In this document: positions 36,503 through 49,059 of the stretch, piece after piece | Layout of the letters: every line of letters starts with the position of its first letter | Position numbering within the stretch: position 1 is the first letter of the stretch | DNA from: Azolla caroliniana | Taxonomy: Eukaryota > Plantae > Polypodiophyta | Length of the DNA stretch: 64,000 nt | NCBI GenBank assembly: GCA_043228905.1 | Contig: JBHGNT010000006.1 | Span: 1,178,001 to 1,242,000 of the forward strand | Direction of reading: 5' to 3' | Notes under the pieces: model-generated | Told to the model about the DNA's origin: nothing | The model's database searches: none | Seen by the model: only the letters and a program-made list of their open reading frames with translations | Position numbers and translations under genes: made by a program

Positions 36503-38649
36503 ATGATGGCGATGGCGGCGACAATAATGATGATGATGATGATGATGGGTTCATTAACACAGGGCATGATAGAGTGAGGAATTGGGCGTGGGAGAGTGTG
36601 CCTTCGCTATAGCATCCTCTGGTGCTCGATGCTTCCTGCACAAGCACATCAACAAGAATGCACGATTTCAATACACTTGTCAGGTCCTCCTGTTTTTTTT
36701 TTTGTTACTATAAACAATAACATCACATTCTCTCTGTCTCTGTCTTTGTCTCTCTCAACGTCTTTTTTTTCTTTACATGGTACCATATTACCCCTTGTAG
36801 CACTACATTGTCCCCACTCCTGCCGGTTATGTCCTTCACATTGTTGTATGATGTATCAATCAACAATATAAGGAAGGTAACTATTGTGTTGAACGCATCA
36901 TGTAGTCCAGAATGAGGAAAAGGGTGTCTTTGTTCCAATCATGAACAACAAATACAACTTCCTGTTGGGGAAACAAATTTGGCATGCACAAAAAATAGTG
37001 AACGACAACTTTCCTAGTGTGAAACGGGTCATCTTTTGTGAAACCCTTGCACTAGGTAAGAAAATGTGCTCCATGTCACAAAATAGCAATTGTGGTAAGA
37101 ACGTGTCAGAAGAAAAGGTCTTGTACACTAGGTCCTCAATACATTGGAAATAACTCGCCATATCAATGATTTTGTTTTGTACAATATGAAGTCTCAAGTT
37201 GTGAGAACATTGATTGTCTCAACTGCGAGAAAAAGACATGGAGAACTTCTTTTGTGTCAAGTCTGCACCAATGCAATTATTGTGGTTTCACATAGATAAA
37301 CTACATAGAATTATCAATGTAAAACCCATTCTAAATTACAATTATTCATATGAAAATTTCCATTATGTATATAATAGTAGGTTCCAACATGTTTCTTCTA
37401 AGATGGTGTAGACATCAAATATGATGGCTGAGAGGGGTGCAATTGAGTGGATTGAAACTGACGCATGCATAAAGGCATGTGGTTTAAAAAGGCTCTCCAA
37501 TGGCTTCTCAAGTGAGGAACTGCTGCAGCACACATTCATTAAAGGGATTTGCTCAAACCCATGCAAAGATAATTGCCCTAACATCATGGATCTCTATACT
37601 AAACTTGCAGCTTCAGAAGGTATACCTTATTTCTGATAAGAAGTGATAGGTACAAAGTAGCTAGACATAACAAACTTTCTACTTGTCCTACATCATGCAA
37701 TAGTTCAAATGCCTTCACATATGTTTGAAATCATCATATATTGATGGTGGTTGTAGGTATCTATTTACCGAACCTTTGTGATTCCTTTGAAGATTACAAT
37801 GAAAAGCAGAGTTATATGGAAGTGCCTTTGAAAGAAAAGGGTCTACATGAGAACATGTCCCAAAAAGTGAGATACTATCTTGCAAGCGCCAATTATTTAC
37901 AATCACCATCTCCTTCTGAACAATATCCAGCACCAATTCCACATGATAACGGTGTAGACACACCACTCCCATCGGAATCACCTACTGATAATACTTTCCT
38001 GCCGTCACCTCCCCAAATCCCACAAAACGACAACATACAATCACCTTATGTGTCACCACCACCACTAAACTATAATGAAGACTCTTCATCTCCACCAACT
38101 TATGCTTATAGTGCAGAACCACCAGAGAATTATAATGTGTATACACCATATAGGTATAACCCACAACTACCAATGTATGGTAATGGTGTAGAGCCACCAT
38201 ATAATTATAATGTAGAGTCGCCATACAATTACAATGTAGAGCCACCTTATGGGTATAATGCACCAACACCAACATATGCTTATAGTTTAGAGCCACCATA
38301 CAATTATAATGAAGGACCATCACCAACATATGGTTATAATGTAGAACCACCATATGGGTATAGTCCACAACCACCAACATATGATTTCAGTGTAGAGCCA
38401 CCATACAATTATAATATAGAATCACCATATGGGTACAATCCACAACCACCAACATACAGCGAAGGTGTAGAGACACCCTACAATTACAATGTAGAACCAC
38501 CAAATGTTGATAATGGAACACCACCACCACCTCCACCATATGATTATGATGCACCAGCACCCTATGTCGAATATTCACCAACTCCTATTTATATTCAACC
38601 TGAACCTACCTTGAGTGTACCAATCCTACCACCTTTTTTTGGTATATGA
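36503..38649 (+). pseudogene. PAR1 (photoassimilate-responsive) domain protein fused to a Pro/Tyr-rich repeat tail; 3 exons; apparent 2-bp frameshift in exon 1
   Basis: Exons about 36503-36683, 37412-37619 and 37757-38649 with phase-compatible GT-AG sites. PAR1 Cys pattern E[C]EELGVGECAFAIASSGARC...YTCQ/TSNMMAER...WIETDACIKACG...CSNPCKDNCPNIMDLY..LAASEG/IYLPNLC. GAGTGAG at 36572 lacks GT and gives TGA. Confidence 0.82.
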
Positions 38650-39613
38650 TATAATTTATGTTTACTTAAACAAATAAAAAATTACACCATAGATTCTTCT
38701 AAACTTTTGATTCTAACCTGAGTGCAGTAGTTTTGAGCATTTTTTTGAAACATGGACTGTGCCACTGATTTTGCCAATTGGTCATAATACTACTTGTGAA
38801 CATGGAAACTAATATAGATTTTTTCATCAACAAACAATTAGGTTGAGAATGCTCTATAAAGTTTTCCATGAGAGATGCTAGCTTATAGAAACTCTTCAAC
38901 TGCTTTGATATACTTCTCACCCAATTCCATTAAAAAATAAGTCTATTATTGATTACACAATGATAAACACATTCCTTGGAAACCAAATAGTCGTTGAATA
39001 AAAAGTTAATCTGATAATACACCATTTACGCATATATGATTTCTCATCTTTCTTTATATACATATATATATATATATGCATTTTTACAAGAGACATTATC
39101 ATGGACCTGAATACACTCAGAATGATCCCATGTGAAATAAATGCACACCACCATTTTACACAAACATGATTTCTCATTTTTCTTTGCATATATCTACATT
39201 TTGACTAAAAACATTATTGTGGATTGATCCCATCTGAAATAAATGTATCTCACCTCTAAAATAAAAAACAATCATGAATCTCTCTCCATAATCATCAGAT
39301 GGTGGTAAAGTCATCCAATTGAAAACAATAACAAAAACATAATACCGTCATTAGACAAAACTAATTGTACTGATAGATTAAACTGCTGCACATTCATAAC
39401 TACTGTTTTTAATATAAGTGAAATCATGATGTGTATACAACTATACAGAGATCAGTAACAATACAATGCCTTGCATTAGCAAACCCCACATTTGGCTTTT
39501 GTAGGTTATTGTATGGCACCTGAAATAACTGCATAAGTAAAATGTAATGATGTTACAAGCAATGTAGAATATCTGAAGTTCAAACTTAGTCCTTGTCCAT
39601 GCTTGAACTGGGA

Positions 39614-42600
39614 CTAATGTCGATATGTCCGAACAACTTGTTCAATGCGTCTCCGACACAAAGGACAATTTGAAAGTTGGGTTGAACAAGATGTGCAAGA
39701 GCACATATGCCCACACCTGCAAAACAAAAGTCTCCCTCTTATTTCAATAGAATGAAATCGTATTAATAAACACTAAGAACCCTCTCTCTAGATAAAAAAA
39801 ACCTAGTGTTCTGATGATTTGGATGCAATCCATCTTTCCCTTCTCAAAATTTTCAAAATCTGAATCTATTGCATATCAAGGCCAAATTTCAATACGCACT
39901 AAAAAAATAAATGTAGTTATTTTGAGTGTTCAGTATCACGAGAAGCTTACGGAACAAAAACAGCATTGTACTCTTGCTCGAGGCATATTACACAAAGATC
40001 AGGCACAGCGGCATCCAGTTTTGATGAGATGATATTCTCTCCAAGACCTACAGTTTCCGTATTCCCTGAAAGATCAGACAAACAAGCAATATATGGTAAT
40101 TGAGACAATCTATAAATGCATACAGAATCATCAGAAGATTTAGTTCATTTTACCTTCACCTTGCCGTTGTTCACGCCTCTGTGCAACTGCTGCTTGAACC
40201 CTAGAAATTTGTTGCAAATTAGAAATTCAGGAAGAACTGATCCATACAGTTCATTTTTTCTTATATTCAAATTATTTGTCATACCTCCTATTAAAAGCTG
40301 CCCTTCGGCGTCTTTCTAGGAAATACTTAACCGCATGGGAAGTGACAAGATACATTCCAAATACTGTGAAGCCCAATGACATGTACTTGTACCATCTGAA
40401 ACGCCATGTTATGGCAACTGTTAAGTTTCTTTCTTTTAGATCCAAAACATTCAACAAAACAGCACGAACCTCGACCATTTTCCAAGATTGGCTATAAGTT
40501 CATCAATGCTCTTTGGAGAGACATAAAAAGGTCCTTTATGTGGCTTTTGAATTCGTATTGTGCCTAAATCGTCTCGAACTGCCTGATCAAAATGTGTAAA
40601 GTAAACGCTGTAAGAATACCAAGACATTGATGGCTAAAACTTGTGTACAATTAATTGACATGCAAAAAACAATATCAGATAATATACTTCATTCATTCAA
40701 GAAAACAAATTTACTCACCTCACCTACTACAGTCAAAGCTGTGCCCACAGGTAGCACCCTCTCCACCCGCTTAACTCCAAGCATCTATGAATTAATACAA
40801 TCAGAAAACCTTAGAACCTCTGTATAAATTGCAAATCATCGAACCAATCTAGACCTCATAGAATGTACAAGTTACAACCTTGAGCCCTTGCAAATAGTCC
40901 AGAGTCCCACGAACCAGAGATCGCCCTGATTCCTCAAACACCTCACTAGCAATAGGCAACTCTAATCCATGAGCACCACGTGCTCCAACAATAAAAACCC
41001 TTCCTGTACCATCCTCCTTCCATGCAAAAAATTCATCATAAGAAATATGTATATATATACATATATGGTACACCTTTGATACCCATCATTTACCGGGAAA
41101 TATATACTCACCAAATACCAGGGCACTTCCTTACTCATTGCAAGCATCAATGCAGAATCTTGTATCCATGATCCAGTTTCATTGTGTTTCAAGAAGTGTT
41201 GTTCTGCCTGCAGGAGCAAACATCAAACCCTCTAATAAGAAAAAATCGAAAATGTGAATAAACTGCATGCGAGCAATTTCACTTTATGCACAGACCAGGT
41301 GTGTATATGATCATTCACTTTATGAACAGACCAGGGAAATACAGTTGAGAAGAAAAGGGATTAAAGTTCAAGTAATATTGGGTTTAAATCATTACAATCT
41401 CCTCAAGGATGACCCCACGCAAGCTGCTATGTTCGCAATTTATCGGAGTATCAGACCCAACCCTTCCTGCGACAGTCACTACCAATGGGAGTGCTTTGCA
41501 CGCCGATTCCAGTAAGATTGCTACAAAGATGAAAGAACGGATCAGATATAAAAGACCAAAATCACCTACCTCATGAACAGCATGAACTCTGTATTAAGTG
41601 GTTCTGTATTTCAAACTGAATACTGTTTTTCATTTTATTCCACAGAAAAATTGGCTTTCACCAAAAGTGTCAGGGTACCATTTTCTGCACGTCAATTACA
41701 ACAGGAGGATAGCAGGGAACTTTTCCTGATCCCCACAGTCAGTTAATGTGGAACGCATGAAAGGAGGCAGATAAAAATAAACTCGTCTTAGAATGCATCA
41801 AAGGAGAACACACAATGCTTTCGATTAGGAGAAATCATATTCATTGGGCAATTTAATACAAGAATCTAAAGGTACACACAGCACACCATTTGAATTAGGT
41901 CATCTATAAAGAGACAAAAGAGCATTTTCAGCTAAGTCAAGCAATGACAACCAGCAACAGGAAATTGTTGCAGCCATGGGAAACAAAGGTACCTGAAGTT
42001 CAGATATCCACATGGAGTATGCAGCAGCATTGTGGATTATATTTTAGGATTTTCTGTGACATTTCAGCTCATTTTTAACTTTTGTACAACCTTCTGCTCA
42101 TCACACACATTTCTCTCATATTATTTACCTCAGTTTTCCTATCTCCAGTCTTAATGAAACAAGCCAAATACACACTGTAACAGAAGCTTTGAAAGTGACA
42201 AGGATGAGATAGCTGGCTAACTGCTACACAGATTTTGCTGCATCTTTCTGTTAGCCAGGAGAATATATGGTTTAATTCAATTTTGTAGGAATTGCAAGGA
42301 TATTCATAAAGGTTTTGTAAATAATCAATAACCTTTATCAACAATCGAAGATCTGATAGATCAACTGCATGGTGAAGTACTTCACCAAAATCCATTATAG
42401 TTATGGATTTCAGCAGATCAAAGTCGTAACTGACTTCCGAGGATGCGTCAACACAGATTTTTGGTGAAGTACTTCATCAAAATCCATTATTGTTATGGAT
42501 TTCAGAAGATCGAAGTTGTAACTGACGTCCGAGGATGTGTCAACACAGATTTTTACATATCGTATGGCCATTATCAATATCTTTCCAATTTGGATTGGCC

Positions 42601-44404
42601 AATGGTCTTGCCACATTCCTAGACATGAGAATGGACTTTTGTATCATATTTAGTATAGTATTTCTTGGTTTTCGTAGATGATTTAAAATCAACCATTAAA
42701 ACATGTGAAACACTTTAGACTTGCATAGGTGCAACTAAAACAAGAAAACTTTATTATCCCTCAAGAAAAGATCAGGATTCATCTGAAAGTCTAGACAACA
42801 GTCAAGTGGCTAATTCTGATGACAAGGAGGTAAAAGGGTACCATTTTTTTCATAAAATGGCATTTTGGCTTGCCACTTATGCCATGGGCAGTTTCTACGT
42901 ACGAAGAATGGAGAAAGTAGCCAAGTGGAATGCCGATTGAAAAGAGTAGAAAGTACCTTCTCTCATTTGGGCATGGATGGTTGAAATCAATGATCGTGCG
43001 CAATGCACTGGACAAACAAAGAAACCTTGGGGCCCATCTCATTCCACTGAGTTCAGATCAGTATATTTGATTCCACTAAGTTCATGCCCATATGTAGACA
43101 ATCCAAAATATATAGAGTGATATACTTATGCTATGCGATGGAAATCATTCGCATATTTGAGCATATTGTACTGCCAACTTTACAGAGCCCTTACTGTCTC
43201 AGATCACCTGATGGATTTACATTCAGCCTTCTTACATATGAACATCTCTCTCACGTGCAATCTTCAGCTCAGCTTTATCCTTCCAAGGCTCAGGTGACTG
43301 AGAGAACAATATGCCATACCCATACACCAGGTTCTAGGACAACGATTGACATGGAAGAACATTATGTATCCTTTTTCACTATATTATCGCAGACCACGAT
43401 GAGATGAATGCCTCCCAAATGGAGGGCTTCTGCCCCTCTCTCTCTCTCTCTGAAAGGTCAAGCCACAAGCTGGCACAACCAGTCCCCCCCCCCCCAAATA
43501 CACAAGGTTGTTTCTGCGTTTTGCCACACTACAAAGTTATTTTTACACATATACTGCTAAAAGTCAAACCCTAATGAAGCAATCAAAACAACGTTACAAC
43601 ACTCAACAATGGCCCAACGAGAGTCCAGTTCATCACTTGATTCCATCAATTATTCCATATGGCATAAACTAACCTACGAATCCACAGAAGATGAAATCAA
43701 GAGCATATGTTTAAATGCATAATGTGACCAGTTGCAGAAAAAACAAAAGGAAAAAATGCAGCAAAATTATAGAAATTTTCTACAAAATTCCAATTGCTTT
43801 GGAATGTTTTCCTGTACATTAAAAGGAGAACCAGATGAGAACAAAACTCCAACAAATAATATGTAAGTATTCTAATAAATTCACATATAATTTCCTACCA
43901 AATCATACTTATTTGGGGCAATCAATAAATGAAAGGTTTGCAAACACCACATGACAACAGATGAGAAAAAATGGCAATATATTCACAGAATTCTAACAAA
44001 TTATACAAAAGAATGAACCTTTTCAAATATTTCAAAAACAATAAAGAAATCTCTTCAGAAAATAAATCAAGCCAAAAGAAAAAAACAGGTATTTTTATGA
44101 TGTTACCTAAATCTTTGAGTTGATTAAATCTCTTCACGGAACTCAAAGCAGCAGCATCTCTGTCCAAAAAGTTAGGGTTTCATTTCTCACTTTCTCTCTC
44201 CCTCACACACAGAAATAAATAAATAAACAAACAGAAGCGGAAAAGATCGATCAAAAGCATTAGGGAAACAGAGCACCAGAAGGCAACGATATTATATGCA
44301 GTAAATAGAGTGAGCTGTGCATAGTTATACCTCCCAGTGTTGCGAGATAAACAGTATATGGCGGCTCCACTGAGACAGAAAGTAATTCCTCCCCATGAAA
44401 TCAT
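39614..44404 (-). CDS. SP1: Chloroplast outer-membrane RING E3 ubiquitin ligase SP1 (GIDE + RING), 11 exons
   Basis: Exons 44404-44331, 44159-44107, 41520-41396, 41207-41112, 41016-40879, 40784-40719, 40582-40470, 40395-40285, 40200-40154, 40065-39951, 39716-39614. Protein MISWGGITFCLSGAAIY...AEQHFLKHN...SGRSLVRGTLDYLQGLK...CVICLEQEYNAVFVPCGHMC...CPLCRRRIEQVVRTYRH*. Confidence 0.95.
42370..42555. repeat. Tandem duplication of about 91 bp in SP1 intron 2
   Basis: GGTGAAGTACTTCA...GTCAACACAGATTTT occurs twice. Confidence 0.85.
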
Positions 44405-44569
44405 GATTCGTCAAGTTACAGTCAAGAAGCATCGTCTGTGTTTTCCATGGACAGGGCTAATTCATATACTCTCAAGTTCAACAACCAATAAATCGATCAT
44501 TTGCACACACTGCCAAAAGAGTATTCATTATTACGTTTAATTTATGTATATACATATTTAAAGGACTCC

Positions 44570-46700
44570 TCCAATACCTGTCTCGCTCGGGTTCTCTATA
44601 AGTCTTGTTCTCGTCCTCGAGCCCGAGTTCGGCTTTTACCCTCCTTTGCAGCCTTTGCCTGAACCCTGTGTCTCCTGGCCTTGGACTCGAGCTCTTTTGC
44701 TACCCTATGTTAGCCCAGTTTCAGCTACAACCTCATGTGTTGTACTATTCTATCATTTGTGGCACAAAGCTTGTCTTGTTACATTGTTATGCTTTTTTAT
44801 TGAACTCTGTGTTTCTCGGTCTGGGCCATAGGTTCTTTTGTTATCCTACGTTGCATCAATCTTCATCCGCAAGCTCTATGTATTTACTATTCTTTGATTC
44901 CTTGCCCAAAGCTTGTATTGTTACATTGTTATGCTTTTGATCGACGATTCTGCTCCTAAGCTCAAGTCAGATGCTAAAATAAATTAAACATGTGTAACCT
45001 TCTTCAACATTATTACTTTTGATCGTCTAGTTGTTCTTGGTTTTCCTTGGTTCAACCTTCATAATTTCGAGATTAACTGAAGACATTGTACAATCAAAGA
45101 GTACCAAGTCATCAAGGAGTTAGAGAGATGGCATTTCCGAGTCCCTTTCATCAACCACGGTCAAATTTCAAGATCCCATCATATCTCGGTCATCTTACCA
45201 CAAAGTTTATCTAAACAAGGATCACCAATCAAGGAAGTGTTCATCATGTTGGCAACTCCAACTCTCAATCAATAGAAGTCAAAGATCGTACTTCAAACTA
45301 CACATTGAGAATCCAAAGAACTCTTCAACAAATGTGAAGGCAAATACTCTTCTAGAACATTGACCTTATTGTTTATCCTATCGACCTACAACGTGAGAAA
45401 GAACCACCATGGGGCCTAATTATTTAACATTTTTGAAGCCCGTTAGGTACACCCATCTTCTTTGTCATGAAGAAAGACATTTATCTTCATTCAGTTGTGG
45501 ACACTGAAGGCTCGATAAGGTCGTGATTCAAAATGAATTTGCCTAGCCATTCATCTCAAGTTTATGGGAGCATCGTAATGGAGCCAAATATTTCACAAAG
45601 GTGGACATTTGAGGTCATATATAACCTTGTTGAGATCCATTGAGGAGGTGAATACAAATTGTTTTCTGCACTTGATGCAGACATTTCAAGTACATAGTGA
45701 TTTGTTTCGGTCTCACCAATGTACCAATACTTGTCCAACAAATAGTGAATGATATTTTATTATACTTCTCGGACATCTTCACCTAGTCTATCGAGATGAC
45801 ATCTCACTCTATTCAAGGACTCAAGAAGAGGCATGATATGCATGTTCATCGAGTCTTACAATAGTTCTAGGATATGAACTCTATCCCAAATTCAAGAAGT
45901 GTAATTTTGATTATAACCAAGTACAACTCTTAGGGTATGTGGTATTGGCGAAAGGTATATATTATGGACCCATCGAAGGTTCAAATAGTTTTGTACTACT
46001 AAGCACTATGTTCAATGTGTGAGCTTCAATGCTCATTGCCATTTGCAAATTTCTACAACAAATTCTTCAAGAATTACTTGAAGATCATATTGCCATAGAG
46101 TTTACATGGAAGAACCAAACCTTTACATGGAGTTCAAGTGTAGTTAAAGTTTTCACCACTTGAAGTAGGCGGATGTATCTAATTTTTCAATTTGGACTCC
46201 AAGGTCATGCATAACAAACTCTATTACTTGGTGGATTGGTTAGCCCATATACCCAATGATTGGACATGGGCATCCATTGAGAACATCTTCGATGCCCAAA
46301 CTCTTGTAAAAGAATTTCATGATGGTTATCCCGACAAGCCAAGTCCTAGTTTTATGCCTTGCAACTCGTGGAACTCAACTTCAAAATAGGGGGATAGTAT
46401 CATGAGCAATGACATAACTTTTTGAGATTTGACCCCCTTAAAAGTGCTATAATATTTTATACATAATCCTATACATGCGTGTAGTGATATACATACATTG
46501 CAAAATACGAATGGTATGGCTTGATCACCAAGTGGAATCATGCATGACAACTAGGTGGCACCATTCATAACTTCAATGTTATTTATATTATCAAACCATA
46601 TCAATTCAAATTAAGACTGACATGCATTCGTGTAATCTTGTCTTTTGTTGATAGAAATGTCTTTTCTAATTTACATATTGATATTGGCTTCCGTCGATAG
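44570..46700 (+). mobile_element. Decayed chromovirus remnant (RT/RNase H fragments, chromodomain, PPT, partial LTR); boundaries approximate
   Basis: Chromodomain DSKVMHNKLYYLVDWL...WTWASIENI...VKEFH..YPDKP (46192-46389), PPT AGGGGGATAG at about 46389, broken RT-like frames at 45.4-46.1 kb. Confidence 0.75.
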
Positions 46701-49059
46701 AAATTACTAAGTGTGGCAAGAAAATGCCCAAACTTAGATATAGACAACCATAGAGGGTGCAATGCACCATCATGATGATGCGCTATGCTAACACATTGAA
46801 TATATAATGGAGAGTTGAAGGATAAACAAAAGAAGAGGACATATGACCTATGTGTTACCTCAATCTACGAAAAACATAAGTAGCTCAATCTTTGACTATT
46901 TGCTTGTGCTAGCTAGAGAGTTCCTCAAAACTCATTATTGGATGGGTCCTTTTGATGAGAGGTACAAGCCATAGGCTTCTAGAAATCCGGTATTTTCGAA
47001 TCTTTGTAGGGTGAGTATAGAGACACATAATCCTTGGTTATTTGAACCTAAATATCCTGGATATTTTATATTCCACCTAAATCCATCATGATAGGGAGTA
47101 AGATCTTACAATTAATGAGAAGGTAATGTTATAGCAACCCATCTTGTAAGGTGTTTGTTCATTATATAATTTTATTCAAACATACATAATTTTATTTTGT
47201 ATAGTCACACACACACAAAATCCAAATAGACATAGATATCTTTATCCTAATGCATGAGAACTATGGTAACTATAGAATTGTTTAGTTATTTATATTTCCT
47301 TCTATATTAGACAATGTAACCAAACTAGGAAAGGTCAACATACTAAAACTCGATGTGTAGCTTAATTGTTCAATCAACTTTTACATTTTGATTTTACTCT
47401 ACAATTTCAAAATCCCATACCTACACATATGGGGTGAGCAATCTATAACACTTGGGTGATAAAAATTACGTCACCGTCATCTATCTTTGTCTCACACGTT
47501 GCATAGAAGCCATCAAGAGTCTATGTAATGTTGCCCCTTTGCACAAAAATCTTAACAAGCCATTACATGCTAAAGTACAATGTGAAGGTATTGCTTATCT
47601 ACAGCATATAAAAAACTTCACATGTCCCCCAAAAAAGGTTTCCTACAAATTCACATGGTAGCTATTTAAATTCTAAATTTGTGGTGTTGCAAACAAGAAT
47701 GGCTCTATAAAATTGAGATTGACATTTTTCTATAATGCAAGGAGTGAAGGGTATCGGATTTTTGCTTGTTGAGCTACCATGCATTCTATAGAAAGTTTGA
47801 AAACAACGAGCCTAAGGGATGCACCAAAACTCAATAACCAAAGAACTTAGGGGATTATAATTAACCTTTTGCTCACATTAACAAAGAAATTTCAAAAGCT
47901 AACATTCATTATAAAGAAAAAGAAGAGATCGATGAATGATTAATAATGTGGCATTAGGCACTTGTGCAAAAAGAACCATGTCTCCAAGTCAATTTAATGA
48001 TCATGGACATTTTCATAAATTGCTCAAGAAGTAACCTTGCAAACATAACTAAATTAGTTACTGGATCTTATCAATGCACAATGTGTTTGTAAATTAGCTC
48101 CATATTTTGATTCATTAAATGGGCAATCATCCAATCATGGAGAAACATTCAACACAATGTTGTTTGAAGGTCACTACGTGATATTTTCAAGAACTTCCAT
48201 GACATGATCAGAAAAGCATGTTTAAGTTTAATCATTAAGGATACAAAATGGAATTAACTACTAATGTTGGAGTCTATGAGACATTAATGAAAAACACAGG
48301 TTTTAAATACTAATATTAATTTGTTTCAGTTTCACTATAGCCTTAGGCTTACAATATCATGGTAGAGAACCTAATTCTTGTCTAAGTTCCACATTTCTCT
48401 TCAGTTGTAGGAGAGTGAGTTCATTTCTGGTACTCTGCAACAAGTTCATTTGTTGGAGAACTTTTCCTTCTAGCTTTCATAATTGCGAGTGACACATTTC
48501 CATTGCTCGTGGAAATACTCAATTATACAACCAATGCAGAACATGGATATAAATATAAATTTACATACCCAAAAGGGTCCATGATTTAACCAACATTATA
48601 AGTTACAATTTGGAAACTAATAATCGTATATCATATCAATGCTAAAGTTTATCGTCTTCTTTCCCAAAAATATCTTTGAAAGAGAGTAAAGATCGTACCA
48701 AAAGAATTTATCACAAAACCCTTGGAAATATGTCCCATAATAAATATACATGAAAGCGAGAGGTATGCTTTTTTGCAAAATCGTTGCCTAGACCCTTCAT
48801 TCCTACATAGAAGAACGCGCTTTCCCAAAACAGTTGTCATATTGCCTTACAATATTGAGATAATGCAAATATTGAACATATCCCTCCTTGGCTATAAAAA
48901 GCTTTGTTAGATCAATCCACTCCTACTCCATGGTTGCCAAAGGATTTGTTTGTCCCAACATCCATCATTCCGACCCTTTATTTCGGACCACTCCTGATTC
49001 ATGTTGCCAAACATTTATTTGTCCCAAGATTCATCATTCTGAGACTTTGGTTTCCAATT

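Noticed and set aside
35844-36577. ORFs of 60-212 aa rich in Y/V/C/M/H/T
   Set aside because: Products of (TACA)n and (TG)n microsatellites.
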